From Eledone cirrhosa (taxonomy: Eukaryota), in assembly GCA_964016885.1 (NCBI GenBank), contig OZ024742.1, forward strand, positions 51,212,001 to 51,276,000: a stretch of DNA of 64,000 bases, in the 5' to 3' direction. Under the pieces are notes generated by a model that worked only from the letters and a program-made list of their open reading frames with translations, did no database searches and was not told the DNA's origin. Shown here one piece after another: positions 40,165-55,710 of the stretch. Numbering within the stretch: position 1 is the first letter of the stretch; each line of letters starts with the position of its first letter. Position numbers and translations under genes: made by a program.

Positions 40165-42760
40165 ATATCTCTATCGACTGCCCGTTATACCTAATCGCAT
40201 TTTGGGCATCAACAAAGGTACTCCAATTCTGTCTGTCCAGGGTGAGCTTCTGGTTGTTATCCCGTTCACGTTGCCAGGTCTTCACCTCTCTCGTAACTCT
40301 TCTGCTCCAGCTGTTCTTTGGCCTTCCTAGTATTCGCTTGCCATCTGGTGTCCAGTAAAGAGCTGTTTTGGGGATGTTATTTTGCTATATTCCGAGAACC
40401 TGTTCTATTCACTTGCATGTTCTTCTGAGAAAGAGCACCGACACATTCTCCTGCTGGCTTGTTCCTAGTATTTGGAGACCTTTTCAGGCAAAAATATTCA
40501 AAGGATACTTCCAAGAATCTTGGTTTAAAAGGTTCACAATTTGGCCGGATGATTCTCTGTAATTCTCCAGCAATCTGAGCCGGACATAAAGGTAGAAAGG
40601 ACAGAGCTCTGATATATTTTCAATTTGGTCTTTATGCTGTATTGTTGAGATCTCAATACATTTTTGTGCATTTTGAATGCATTTTTGGCTTTGCAGCGTC
40701 GGTTCTTCACGTCATTGCATACTCCACCATCTTTTGTAACAGTGCTAACCAAGTAACTGAATTCGTCTCGTCTGTTGTCGGTAGATCTTGTCCATTTTGT
40801 AGAATAGTTGAGGGGTTAGTGTTGTTCATCGTCATGACTTTTTATGTTGTGGCTAATCTTCTGCCCGACTTGTGCAAACTGCATGTGACGATGAGTAGGA
40901 TTTATTAGATTCAGATTATCGGCAACGTAAGGATCCTCCAGTGTTTGAATGAGGCTCTATCGAATGCTTCTAGCGTTGTACCCAGTTGTTCGTTGCAACA
41001 CACAATCAAAGGTAAGGTTCAAGAGGAGTGCTGGCATCACACGCCATTGTCTCATTCCTATTTTTACGTCAACGCTGGGGTCATATCTCCTTACTCTGCA
41101 TGTGAAGGATTTATTAGATTCATCCTGATGAACAATGTGTTGAGTAATACTGAATTATTATAGATGTCACCATAAGCTGTTTCTGTGGAGGCCGTCGAAC
41201 GCCTTCTAGAAGTCGACGAAATTGTTGCCATTATGTGCATTCTTCTATAGTGGAAATATCTGTTTCGTTCCCCAGCTTCCTTTTCAAAGTACTGCTTGTT
41301 CTTTACTAAGCTGCAGGCGTTTAATGATGTGTTTTTCCTACGATTTTGCTTGGTATATACATACGTGTAATTACACGCCAGTTACAGCAGTTTCACATGT
41401 TACCCTTCTTTGTAAGCTTAAATACCATCCCCCTGTCCAATTATCAGCTAACTCCTTTCCTTCCCAGACGTTGCGAAACAGTGGCTGCCACGTTCTGGCT
41501 GCAGAACCGAGATCTGCCTCAAATAATCCTGCGCTGAGTTTGTCTTGGCCAGAAGCATTTTCATTCTTCAAAGCTTTGATAGCCATATCCAGTGGTAGGT
41601 GGTTCAACACTAATGTCCGGGTCAACATATGCTTCCTGTGTGTCTGCTTCTGTTGCTGGTGGCGGTCATTTTAGAACTTCATAAAAATACTCTGCCCATA
41701 GACCTTCCTCTTCCGCCTATGACGTGATAAGTCGTCCTTTCTTTCCGGTGAATCAGTAGTTCTCATTTTCCCACGGAACATTCTGCTGATTTTGTACACT
41801 ATTGTTTGTTGTCCAAATTGTGCTACATTTACTGCCTTCTCTGCAAGCTTGTCCATGTGTACTCACCTGTCTGCTCTACTAGTTCGTCTTACTTCTTGAT
41901 AATCTTTCTAATTATATTTTTACTTCAGTCTTTCTGATTTTGCATCCGTCATCTGTTTCTTTATGGTTCTCCCGCTTTCATTACGCAACGCAATGTCCAC
42001 CATTATCCAGTCTTTCTTTTTATCTTTGGTTTCATTCCTAGGTATGTTTCAGCTGTTTTCAGATACGCCGTCATTACGTGCTCCCATTTCGTGTTGACTT
42101 CATCAGTATCAGGATGAGAAGCAATCTTCCATGCCTGACAATAATTGAAACCTGTTCTTCAGCTTCAGCGCAAATGCGCTATTAATTTTAGAATATTGCA
42201 TTTTTTCTACATTGAATTGTTATCTTGCTGCTTTCTTTTCCCTTGTACTACTCAGCCCTATTCTCATCAATCCGACCACAAGGTAGTGACACTTATATCC
42301 ATCAGCTACTAGTATTACTCTGACATCAAGTATTGATAGTCTCTAGGTAACATTTAACACCAGGTAGCCATTCTGGTTTTTGCCTCTTCCATTTGGGGAA
42401 TACCATGTCTATTTATGTTTTCCCTTTTGTTTCAAAGGTGTACCACCTACGATCATAAACACTTTCCTTCATCGTACCACAGCGTTCTCGTCCCGTGGCT
42501 TTTTCAAATGTGGTGTTGTTGTTCCCAACGTCCGCATTTAAATATCCAATCAGAATCTTCATGTAATGTCTTAGTATTTTCTCAGCTCAGCCTGCAACCG
42601 CTCATAAAGTTCATCGTTGATATCGGAACTGCCATTTGTTGAGAGCTGTACCACTGTATAATAATCGTATTGGTTTGTTTCCTTGTTATTCTGTTCAACA
42701 GGAGACTGTTGTTTACAGTTTTCGTCCCAATAAGCCTCCACACCACGACAAGGTGATGAA
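40165..42760 (-). mobile_element. Decayed RTE-clade LINE (different family from 26069)
   Basis: AIKALKN..ASG.D, NWRV, FVDF.KAFD, KDGG...DVKNR..KAKNAF, IKTKLKIY.S.VLS...GSDCW, with many stops. Confidence 0.85.
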
Positions 42761-42784
42761 GCACGCGGAGGGGTTATTAATAAT

Positions 42785-42958
42785 TGTTTCTACTTTAGGA
42801 ACAAGGCCAGCAATTACCCAGTGCATTACTGGTACTTTTTTTTATCGACCCCGTAAGGATAAAGGCAAAGTCAACTTCGGCGGGATTTGAACTTAGATCG
42901 TACAGGGACGTACATGAAAAGCATGGCGTCCGACTCTCTACCGATACTGCCAACCCAC
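42785..42958 (-). mobile_element. tRNA-type SINE with 19-bp TSD
   Basis: TSD CGGAGGGGTTATTAATAAT at 42766-42784 and 42959-42977. Confidence 0.92.
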
Positions 42959-43540
42959 CGGAGGGGTTATTAATAATGAAGGCTAAATACTCCATCTTTT
43001 TATTTTGCATTCTTCTAATTAAACGGCTGGACACGATTAATATATCTAACCAATATTTTTATACACCGTATTGAAAGGATTTTAAATATAACCAACGTAT
43101 TATATACACTATAGAAACAATCATCATCAATATTCACTTGGCTAGAACGTTAATTTATATTCTGTAACTCATAATATTATACAGAATCAATTTCTAATGT
43201 ATTTAATTTACAGAATGGAGCTGAATTGATCTCAAAATGTATTATTTCTTTTAACAAATACTTTTATTTTTAGATAATGTATACATTCCTATTTCATACA
43301 ATATTGCTGCATTGGTTTGATATCTGCTTTGTATATTACATGGTTATCATGTCAAATATAATCGCGTTGTTTAGTTTAGCCGAGTGCAGCTTCACGGTGT
43401 TAATAAATTATTATTCCTCATGATCAAAATCACTCTACTACATACAGTACAGACATACAAATACATACATACATACAAACATCCATGTATGCATGCATGT
43501 ATACACACACACAATATACATACATAAAGACATTACTCAC

Positions 43541-43686
43541 CGTAAGTTCCTCATATCGAACATGCAATCAACAACACGTGCTACAAACGACATGCTACTA
43601 TAATTAATATCAGTGAGATCACCAAACAACAGCAATACAGGAACAGTCCCTTGAAACAGATATGCCAGTAAAAAATTTGACACCAC
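43541..43686 (-). CDS. Candidate exon of an unidentified gene
   Basis: ttcttacAG acceptor, CG|GTGAGT donor, one open frame VVSNFLLAYLFQGTVPVLLLFGDL...FDMRNL. Confidence 0.3.
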
Positions 43687-43759
43687 CTGTAAGAACTGAC
43701 TCTACCTTGACTATTTTGTAAAACACTGGTAATAAGAATATATCTGACATTAGCTTGGT

Positions 43760-46615
43760 AAAACAAGAGTATAATCAATTGAAATATACCTTCAGCGAAA
43801 CTTTCTGTATAAACATTTCATTCGCTGAATGTAATAAAACAACAGTACAAAACAAAATGAAAACAAATAATGAAATCTTGTGTGCTATTGATGTCATTGG
43901 ATTGAATATTTACGACAAATTAAAACCCCTACAATTTGGCAAATCATTGCCTGTTTATATGCCAGGGTAACGACAGTAAGGCATTATCTTGGTGATGACA
44001 GAGATGTTAGCAAAAATCGAAAACCACCAAAAGCTACATCATATAATACTAAAATAGAAGAAACGATTGTTGACCTCCAAAAATCTATAGGATATGTGAT
44101 AATGCTCCTTACATTCAAATAAAATAAAAATAATTACAATCCTCACCAACAAAGAGTTAAAAATAAAATAGAAACGCTGTTTGGAAATAGTACATCCACA
44201 ACTCTTCAATATAAGCGGATCACTCTCAAACAAAAATTGTGAGATGTCAGCGAGAAACTTCGATACCAGAAGATGGAAATTAATGAATGAAAAAATTCAG
44301 ACGGAACAAAACATGTGTCTATAGAGATATAATAGAGAGATAAAATCTGCCACTGAGGCCCTATTCCGGACAGACATAGATTTCTTCTGGCGAATAATAT
44401 GGGGTGAAAAGAAAAAAATTAAACAAAGTTGATGTGGGGCTAAACGAAATCCGAATGAACTACTGTTCGTACACAACAAAAATCACACATAATAAATGAT
44501 GATACCTTTGAGACTGTGATAGAAAAGCTCCAAGATAAGAAAATACCAGAAGAGACAAAATACTGACATTCTATCGGATGTATTTATCAACCTCTAGCAG
44601 CAAATTCTCAAGGGAGATACACATATACCATGGTGGTTGACATTAGCACAAACATTATTAGTTCCCAAAATCAAAGACACCCTCTTAGCAAAAACACTAC
44701 CGACCCACTGCATACCAGGGCCTAATGAATATACTTGTTTCTAATTTTGGCACTAGGCTAGCAATTATCCAAGTGTATTACTGGTACATTTATCGACCCC
44801 GTAAGGATGAAAGGCAAAGATAACCTTGAGGGTATTTGAACTAAGCCCATAAAGGGCCGTAACTCTTGACTGCAAAGCATGGCGTCCGACCCTCTACCGC
44901 CCTAATGAATATAATGTATGCAAACTGCCTGAACCACTTTCTCTACAATCAATGGGACAGCAATAACATCATCACAGATGAGCAAGCAGCTGGGAAGAAA
45001 AGTGTTTGGGGGATGTGCTGAACAACTCCTAATTAAAAAAACCACGATGTCAGAGGTGCGACAACTTAGGAGGGATATGTTTATAGTCTACAGGAAAGCA
45101 TCTGATTCTGTTTCCCAGTCTTGGGTGGATGACAGAGGCCCGCCGACTTGTTAAAGTCCCAGATAATATTATCAGAGCCATAAAGAACCTATCTTCTTCT
45201 TGGGCTACTATCCTAAAGTTGAAAACAGTTGTTAACTGATAAAATATAATACCACAGGATTTCTTTTCAAGGGGCCAGTCTCTCTGTGCTACTGCTTATT
45301 CAGTTATTAAGCTCCTTTTTCTTTCTGTCCAGGAAATATGAAGGAGATATCATTGGCTTAGTGGAGGACAGAAACACGAACTTAACTCATAATTTCTGTG
45401 TGTATGACCTGAAACTCTATGCCATGAACATAGATGGGATAAAAAACAATCCTGACCTGGTTATGACGTTCTCAAAGAATATAGGAATGGATTTGCCCAG
45501 AATAAAAGATAATGTATGATTGTAAAACGGGGCAGAATTAGAAGCCTTTCTAGTAACATTTTTATCAATGGCCTAACTGTTTCACTGATATCCGATGAGG
45601 ACTGTTATAGATACCTAAGGGTGGATGAGAATATAATCTATCATGGTATCAGTAACAAGGAACGCGTAACCAAGGAATATTACACTTTATTGAGCAAGTC
45701 TGTCTGCATGAATCAGATAATATCATGATAGTTGAGAAAGAACTACTTCAAAGATACACCACGCATGACAATCAAAATCTCACCCCCAGGGAAATTGCCC
45801 AACAGTACGCAGTGAATCCATGGATGAAAGACTGTATATTTATCAGCACGAAATTATGCATGGGTATGATGCCAGGAGGCTCTAGAATTAGCGTATAATA
45901 GATAAGCAAAGGACTCTATATTGGACCAACAACCGCTATATTGGCTATCACGTGGAAAAGATATGGCATTGCAACCCAAGAACAGGAAATGAATAAAAAA
46001 TACCCGATTCACAGACGAGATAGGAATGGAGGCAAAACACATAGACATTACAATAAATGCAGTCTGCATAATTCAAATCGAAGAAGTCACTTATGTCATA
46101 GGCCGCTGACGAAAGATGTAATCACGGTGCTATCAATCTATGAGGCATGATATAGTGACCAGAAAACTACACAGTGCAATTAGTAGAAAATCTAGCCCCG
46201 ATAATAAACACCATATAATATGAAATAGTACTGCTGGAACGTTCTAGTCAAAACCCCAATAAATCGCAAGCATACCAGAACATATATAATTCTATGGAAC
46301 AGGGAAAAGAAGGCATGCACAATAGTGGAAGTCAGCTTCCCAGAAGATGCCAATAGAATATTAATGACTAGCAAATAAAAGAATAACTGAAAAACTAATG
46401 AGGAATCTGCAGATACTCTATCCTGACTATAGTTTCAGATTTATACCTGTGATTATTGGGGCACTAAGATACGTTAGCAATGGCCTCAGTACAGACCATG
46501 AGAAACTGAGCATCACAGAACAAGAAAGAGCACGACTTATTAGGAAATTACAAGTAGAATCCATTAATAAAACAGTAAAAATCTGTAAAATGTTCCAAAT
46601 GTTCTGCATGTAATA
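43760..46615 (+). mobile_element. Decayed R4/Dong-type LINE (RT + C-terminal RLE)
   Basis: WL....T.LVPK, IITDEQAAGKK..WGC.EQLLI, YRKASDSV, FQG.SLS.LL, H....DLKLYA, YRYL.V, ILWNREKKACTIVEVS.P.D.N, FIPVIIGAL. The 5' boundary is approximate. Confidence 0.8.
44734..44900 (-). mobile_element. tRNA-type SINE nested in the R4-type LINE, 13-bp TSD
   Basis: TSD CCTAATGAATATA at 44721-44733 and 44901-44913. Confidence 0.92.
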
Positions 46616-46809
46616 ACTGCGTGCTCACATGCACAGATACAGAATATATAGACATGCACCCATGTGACTGAAAACATCCACATATTTAGTAACATCCATG
46701 CCTGCCGACACGCACGCATGTAGACATGCATACATATCTGCCTAGTTGGTGGTGTCTAAATTTCAATTTAAGAGTCTTAATTCTATGTATGACACCAAAC
46801 CTCTCTCTT

Positions 46810-46891
<82 letters not shown>

Positions 46892-46984
46892 TCTCTCTCT
46901 CTCGCTCTCTCTCTCTCTCAATTGGTAAACATGTATAACATTATAATACGAGAACTTGCATACATTAACACATGCATACATATG

Positions 46985-47310
46985 GTGGCTGCCTCCTCAT
47001 TCTCGAGTATGGCCATTGCACGATATAACATTATTAATAATTATCAAAATGTTTTTAAAGTGAGGAAAGACTGTGCACTGAGCCAATCCCACTCACTGAG
47101 CGACAGTAGCTATAACCCGAAAAAAAGAAAAGATCAACATCATTGGTAACTACTGAGCCCCAGGTTTATGTCAGAGTTATCCCAGTTTCCTGAGTTCCTA
47201 TCTCCTAGAAGAATGCTCTGACAAATACTAGATGTCCTTTACTCCCAGTAGTTAAACCGCGCAATCTTGTACCCAGCCCAATCATTTCTATGTCCCCGCG
47301 CATATACATA
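46985..47310 (-). mobile_element. Short non-autonomous RTE-related retroelement (uninterrupted paralog of 520-2455)
   Basis: Direct alignment to 520-627 + 2197-2455; its 3' end resembles that of 47356-47765. Confidence 0.7.
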
Positions 47311-47355
47311 CACATGCATACACATATATAAATATATACACATATATATATATAT

Positions 47356-47765
47356 GGGGGCTACCAACTCGTTTTCGAGTACGGCCACTACTTTATATGC
47401 ATGTAGGAGGACCCCTACCGATGCGCTGAATGAGTGACTTTTTAGTCCAGCCAGCGACTTGAAAACTCTGGTACAAACACTACACTTGTGACAATTATTG
47501 ACATATAGTGCTGGGCCCATGGTACCATGTGACGACAAGTGCAGAGAGATCTCCAAATAGAAAGCAATGCCTGTGCCGTGAAGCTTAAATAGTGAGCAAA
47601 GGCACTGCACAAAGCCAGTCCCACTCTCTTAACCAAGTTGATATTTACCAAAAAGAAGAACAAGTCAACATCATTGGATGCCATCAGGGTTGCAGGTGTT
47701 ATATCAGAGTTTTCCTTCTCCTAGAATTCTGCCTTGACAAAGGCTAAGGGGTCATCGCTCCCGGA
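47356..47765 (-). mobile_element. Bipartite RTE-derived non-autonomous element
   Basis: The 5' part resembles 47060-47250. The 3' part encodes C2H2-like HKCSVCTRVFKSLAGLKSH, typical of RTE/BovB C-termini. TA-rich flanks. Confidence 0.6.
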
Positions 47766-47949
47766 TGTATGTATGTATGTATGTGTATGTATGTATATAT
47801 ATAATATAATATATATATACATATACATGTATGCATGTGTGTATATATATATACACACATGAATACATGTATATATATATATATTATATTATATATATAT
47901 ATATACATACATACACATACATACATACACACTTACACACACGCGCGCG

Positions 47950-48035
<86 letters not shown>

Positions 48036-48602
48036 CATACATATACATACATACACATACATACTTACACACAAGCGCGCGCGATAGTGACATTATGCAG
48101 AGATAGTGACATTATGCTAATAGAAAATAAATGAAAACTTCGACAAAACATTATTTAGCAAATACTGATGTAAGTTTGATGTGAATAAATGGCAAGAGCA
48201 TGTTGACATGAATTGTTTATTATATCAAATATAATCATCCAATTAGTCACTGTAAATTACCCAAAATCACTGAGATAACGGGTTATAGTGTGAGAAGGAT
48301 TTATATTTTTAATATGTATCAATACATAGTCAATGCGAACATTTTTTTGGCTGCAACAATTATTGTAAATTGTATTGATGTTATATGACACCGCCTAGAG
48401 GCCGAGACCTGACATTAAATTAAGATAAGCGCCATTTGGGAGTTAGGAAATGTAGTTCATGATACTACACGTTTTGGAAGAAATTTATATTTTCCCATAA
48501 ATGAGAAAATAAAGCTATTATGAAAATTGATTGCCGGAAAGGAATTATAGTTTTCGAGCCTCATATAATTTTCTGCAGTATATCTAAATCAGTCATGAAT
48601 AA

Positions 48603-48713
48603 TTGTTTCTACTTTAGGCACAAGGCCAGCAATTACGCAGTGTATTACTGGTACTTTATTTTATCGACCCCGTAAGGATGAAAGGCAAAGTTAACCTCGG
48701 CGAGATTTGAACT
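48603..48713 (-). mobile_element. 5'-truncated tRNA-type SINE
   Basis: Family core, flanked by an ATGAATAAT direct repeat. Confidence 0.85.
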
Positions 48714-49169
48714 ATGAATAATGGTAGTAACATTGATTTGATTTCTACGCAAGTATGATATAGTGGAACATCAACCAGGTGTGTAAATAATGCCCAGTAT
48801 ATATAGAAAGAATGCCGAAAATCAAACTTTTTATCTGCTTCGAATAGAATTCGAAAATAAGCGAAATTAAGGGTCATTGGTAACCCTGTCGTATGATATG
48901 ACATACTATTAAATCTATAATATAGTTTAGAAGATAATTATGAATTTTACAAGTTCTCCCGTAGAAGGAATTGAAGACGTAATATGTAAGGAAAAGCCTG
49001 AAGAAGAGGATGTGGATAGGTCTTCATTTTTATATAAATTCCATATAATTATTTGATACCACGCAGTTCAAAAACACGAATGACAGCTGAAATACGTCAA
49101 CTTTAAATCTAGTTTACTTTAACCATCACAAAATATATTATTATACTTAGAGATTTGAATATACCTTAC

Positions 49170-49274
49170 CGATTGTAGGGTCTTATAATCTACAATGTAA
49201 ACTTTCAGAACAAACACTGCAATGACACTTTTCCGGTGGACTTCCAAATCTGCCAACTCTTCACACTCAGTCAT
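49170..49274 (-). CDS. Candidate coding exon
   Basis: ATG...MTECEELADLEVHRKSVIAVFVLKVYIVDYKTLQS then G|GTAAGG donor, phase 0. Confidence 0.2.
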
Positions 49275-49415
49275 ATGCGATCAATTATTGCGAGCCATTT
49301 AGGTTCTAGATGCAAATCCCATTGAGTTCAGGTTTAGAACTTGAAGGAGCTCCATAATCTAATACATCCCAACATTTTCGAGGCTCTGCCAAATCTCCTA
49401 TTATATATCCTCCAA

Positions 49416-49514
<99 letters not shown>

Positions 49515-51523
49515 ACGTGTGAATAAAGTTATCGAGGGAAATAACACAGGGGACGATTGATGTATTAAGTTAGCGAATGTAGATAAAGCGTTTGCAATTT
49601 TGGGACGGTAGTACATTAGAAGACAAATTGAGAATTTGAAGACGAAACAGAATGTCAGTTGCGAGAAAGATTAAGAAAGAACTTTTAAGAGGATATATGC
49701 ATATAAACATACATATTTATGCCTGTGTATGTGTGAGTGTTTGGGGAGTTCTTTCTGATTTCTTAAATACATATACGGTCCCCACGAGGCCCGGGGGTTC
49801 CACAACATCGCTGTTTGACTGACTACGAATAATAGCCAAATCAATAAAATGCCCTTTTGCATCGAGATGAAGAAAAGGAAATGTTAGATAATATATCACT
49901 AGTTACCCGGCAAATAATCTGATAATTATGGTTGAAAACCTTTTCATCATATGTTTGCTTAATTTTCACTGTAATACGTTTAAACAGCATCAAATATTAA
50001 TTTCTCAAAATATATGCAATTATGCACACACATAATAATTTACATGTTTTTCTTCGGTTAAACAGGCATGTTTGTGCTCACGAATATATTTAAATATTTA
50101 GAAACACTTCCCTAGATAAATGTTAATTACAATCAATTTTACTCTACTATAAAAACACTCACATCTTATCTAATAATAAAAGCTTGATAAACAACAAAGC
50201 CCAAACATATTCTGCTTTTAACAAAATGCAATTATGTCTACAAAGACAAACGGCCGTATTTGAATTATGCTGAACAGCTATTATAATTTTTTTGCCAATA
50301 TACATGTTTCTGCCTTGTCAGATATCTTATAATATTACATAAAATTATTTCAAAGAAACAAAATCAAATTAAATTAAGAAAGCTATGGTAACATTTCGTT
50401 ACGTTTTGTGTTATTCTTTAGGAAGGAAGTTTGCGCAATATAATTTGCACATAAGTTATACACATTTTCACGCGGCTGCTGCTAGTACTTAAAATTGGTT
50501 AATATTATTCTATTTCATAATAGTTATCAATCTTTTCCTGCATTTTTTGTTTAAGTATTTTTTTTTACCAATTTATGATTCTCCTAGCCATGTTTAGGAA
50601 TAGTTCTGTTAATTTTTCTCGGTGCAGAGCTCACTCAAATGTGGAAAATATCGTGTGATTTGATGTCACGATAGGGACGAACATGTCGGCACTGTTGAAA
50701 ATATTGCTGCTTTTGATGTCGCACATTATGATTACAAACTTTATGGTAGCAATGGTGACGTAACCATGAAGCCAATAAAATTACCTATATAATTGACCCC
50801 ACAATCTCCTAGAAATATTAGAAACATGACCTTCAAAGACTATTAAGAAGCACATCTTACCGTAAATATAAATGGAGTATTCATGTATAGAATGCCTTGA
50901 TCTATTTCAGTTTTCACACACATAAAAATCTTTTTATATGGCATATTTTATAAGTATGTATTATTGCTACTTCTGGTTGAGTGAAACTCTGAGAGGAAAT
51001 TTGCAAAAGGGAAATAGCAAAGAACATGTCGGATACATTCTATCGGTATTGTGGACAGCACATCAAGTTGTCCATCGTTAATCGATCACTCTTTAGGACT
51101 TGGCAGTTGCGATATAGCAATATTGCAACTAATACTATCATGTCCCCGATATTAAGATGAAAAGATGGTTTGAAGATTTCCTTCTTAATGAAATGTCATT
51201 CTGGGGTTTTCGTTCCTATCTGTATCCAAAGATCTGCAAACTGCTGCAGATCTTTGCACTAAGTCATAGAATACGACAGGCAGATACTTGGTAGACTCGG
51301 TAGAACGTCGTATAGAACATCTTTAGAATGTGTTTCTTCTCTCTCCGCTAGAAAAAAATCCGACATGTTAGTTTTGTTTGTTTCCAACGGGGGAGAATTT
51401 AGTAAGCGAGTCGTTGAGTGCGTTATTCCTGTATATCGTATTTTTTCTTTATCCTTATGACAACGTCAACTTCAATTTCCTTCTCTTCCCCATTCTCATC
51501 TATTTTAATGAGCAGGATTTCTG

Positions 51524-53523
51524 ACTGGCTGGCTGGTTATGAATCATTGGTATCAATTTGGCCTCATACACAATAGATTTAGTATTACATTTACCCTGGT
51601 AATGGGCATTCTTCCGGCTTGCTGCAACTGCATCCTGTATTTACTGTAGTACTATTAGAGTTGGTAATTTTAGAGTTCCTCGATGGGCAGCAAAAGTAAC
51701 TGATTTTAACTACATTTCTATTGAATATCTTATTATATCTATGATTAGGGGAAACATGTTTGTCAAGGAGGTCGAGGAATGTTGTTCCTGCGTTAGTTTT
51801 AACGGTTAGCGAGAAGGGTAGTGTAAACCAACATCTTTTTCTTTTCCTGTTATTGTGTTTTGTGTTAGAAAGAGGAGTAGGTAAAGATTTGATTTGTTTG
51901 GTGAAGCCGCTTTTATTGAGGGCTTTGTTAAAAATGTCTATAGACGGGGATAAGGTAGAAATCCTACGGCTAATATTAGGAATAAGATTGTTAAAGACTA
52001 TAGAGGGATGGCAGGACTCTTTGTGTATATATCTTAAATTTTCATTAGGTTTATGATAAGGTTTAAAAGAGGCGGTAAATAGGTCACGATTGATATCAAG
52101 AAAGTTTGTATTAGTAAGATTCGTATCTATAGTAATTTTAAGGTTTAGGTTAGCAAACGTTTTGATTAAGTCTTTACGGAATTTATCATGGTTATGGCCG
52201 TTGGTGGCTTGAGCAACTGCCAAACGGTCGTCCCAGTATAAACCGATATTATGGCAAGGAAATGTCTCTTTGTGTGGAGGAGGAATAATCCTATTAAGTT
52301 GCACACATCGGCACTATCATATGAGTCCATCGCAATATCAATTTGATATTTAGCCGTAAATAACACTTTCCAACACTAAACGCAATAACAGGAAAAGAAA
52401 AAGTATTTGGTTTACACATCCCTTCTCTCTAACCGTTAAAACTAACATATGAAGAGAATTCCTCGACCTCCTTGACAAACATGTTTCCCCTAATCATAGA
52501 TATAATAAGATATTCAATAGAAATGTAGTTAAAATTAGTTACTCTTGCTGCCCATCGATTAAAACTAAAATTACCAACTCTAATAGTACTAGAGTAAATC
52601 CAGGATGCAGTTGCAGCAAGCCGGAAGAATGTCCATTACCAGGGTAAATGTAATACCAAATCTATTGTGTATGAGGCTAAATTGACACCAATGATTAATA
52701 ACCAGCTAGCCAGGAGTGAACGATATGTTGCATGACTCAGGACAAATTTAAAACCAGGTGTTATGCACATGTCGCTTCTTTCAAACACCATGAAAAAAGA
52801 ACAGCAACGGCGTTGGCAAATAAAGTGTGGGAGTTCAAAGATGAAAAACATTTCGTAAACTATTGATTGGTCTATTTTAGACCATTCAAGAGAATACCAA
52901 AGGGGCACAAAGAAATGTTCTTTGTGTACTACGGAAAAATTTAGAATTCTCCAAAACTTGAAAACTCCTACCACTTGTCTCAACTCTAAGACTGTGATAT
53001 TTAGATGTTGTCCGCACCTGATATTGCATCTACTTTTTAACTGGATTAACATGCCAACGATTGCTCAACCACCTTGAGCTTCTTCTTCACTTATCAGGCC
53101 TTCCACTCACTACCAATTTCATTACCTTATTAACACATACTTTCTACCTATATATACTTTTTCTCACTCATCTCTTTCTATATATCATATGATTTATATC
53201 CCGCCTACTATCTACCATACCTTAATACATACGCACCCACCCTCTTTACCCTTGACCCAGATCACTTTTTAACTATTTACACTTATCCAGATCTCATCAC
53301 AAACAATTACTCTCTACTACAACTTTTACACGCCTTTCCCCCCTTACCTGTTCTTAATAATAGTTTTTATTATTTTATTTCATTTTTACACCCCTTTGTC
53401 CTTACTTACCCATTAGGTTTTTAAGCGTACTAACATAAAGTTATATGTGGGCGCATATGCAGACAGGCTTATGAGTACTTACATATATACGTGTTTTTAT
53501 TTATATATGTGTGTGTGTTTATT

Positions 53524-53556
<33 letters not shown>

Positions 53557-54766
53557 GTATATATATATATGTGTTTATATATATATATATATGTAAGCAA
53601 GATGTATGGTAGGTCGTACGTAAATCGCGATGATCACGCCTGACCTAGCAAATATGCGACGGTAGCATAAGTTGTCGTGTCTGTTGAAGCAGCCCTTTGA
53701 AAATTCCTCGGAACTCCCAAATCCCGTAATCTTTAATTTTAAATTTGTAATTTTCATCAATTCATTTTTATATATATTTTTAAATGTTCTCTAAAATTTT
53801 AATTCGTTGAAGGGTCTTTCGGAAGAGGTTTTTATAAAAAATATTAAAGGGGCCTTTTCTGAGGGATTTTTTGAAGGCTTTTTGAATTAACCTTTAATTG
53901 ATTAATTTCTTTCAACTATTTATTACTAAATTTTTAAAATTAAATTTAATGTTCAACCTCTTAATCTTTAATTTGTATTCTTGGATATATGAGATTGCTT
54001 AAACTTAAATTCATTACATTTTTTAATTTCTGGGTTTGGAACTCTTAAAATTCAAATTCTAAATTAAAGCTTAATCGTTATATTATGGATTCCCTAAATC
54101 ATTAACTTTATTAACCTCTTAAATCTTATTGAAAGTTATTTTCCCTAATTTTTAATTTTGGAGTTTAGAACTTTCGTAGGGATTATTAAATCTTCGTAAA
54201 TTTTCTAAAATGTTTTAAGGGGATCTCTTAGAACTCTTTTGAAGGAATTTTTTAGGAAACTTTATATTTTTATTTTTATTTTTATTTTTATTTTTATTTT
54301 TATTTTTATTTTTATTTTTATTTTTATTTTTATTTTTTTCTGGTTTGTTAGGTTTATTGGGGCTTATAAGCTTTATGCGCTTATTGTGTGATTTTTTAGG
54401 GTGCTTTTACGAGATCCCAAGTCTTTTACTTTTAATGCGATACTTATAAATTATTTAAGTTTTAACCTTCAATCCCTAATCCTTAGGCCCGTTTCAAATT
54501 CTCTTAACTCCCTATAACACATCCCTTTTACAACTCCTACAACTAATATAAAAGAGCCCCCTTAGAATATAGACCCCAAATATACAAGCTGAGCTGTTGA
54601 TATATACCACGATTTCAAACTGCTAATCTTGAGTGAAACGTTGATATAAATAATGAACTTACAATCACCTGTTATATGCCTTGAAAAGACCCACTATATG
54701 GTCGGACGAAACGGCTGTCGGCAATAAACTTGTTATAATGTCATAATAGTTCCTTGTTCTTTTTCA

Positions 54767-54768
<2 letters not shown>
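51524..54768 (+). mobile_element. Decayed Naiad-type PLE with inverted 5' segment
   Basis: 51524-52366 on the minus strand (MDSYDSADVC.LIG, GLYWDD, NFLDI, WFT.PFS..VKTN). 52367-53050 on the plus strand (C.C....CPL.G, GIY-YIG, C.LC..EK). ~350-bp inverted duplication. HHR-like motif and AATAAA at the 3' end before a long TA tract. Confidence 0.88.
54677..54723 (+). ncRNA. Degenerate minimal hammerhead motif
   Basis: tgcc-TTGAAAA-gacc-cactatat-ggtc-ggac-GAAAC-ggct-GTC-ggca, followed by ATAAA. Confidence 0.5.

Positions 54769-55710
<942 letters not shown>

Noticed and set aside
50636-50812. Exon-like frame with an in-frame TGA (possible selenoprotein)
   Set aside because: No recognisable family, donor site or SECIS; compatible with chance.
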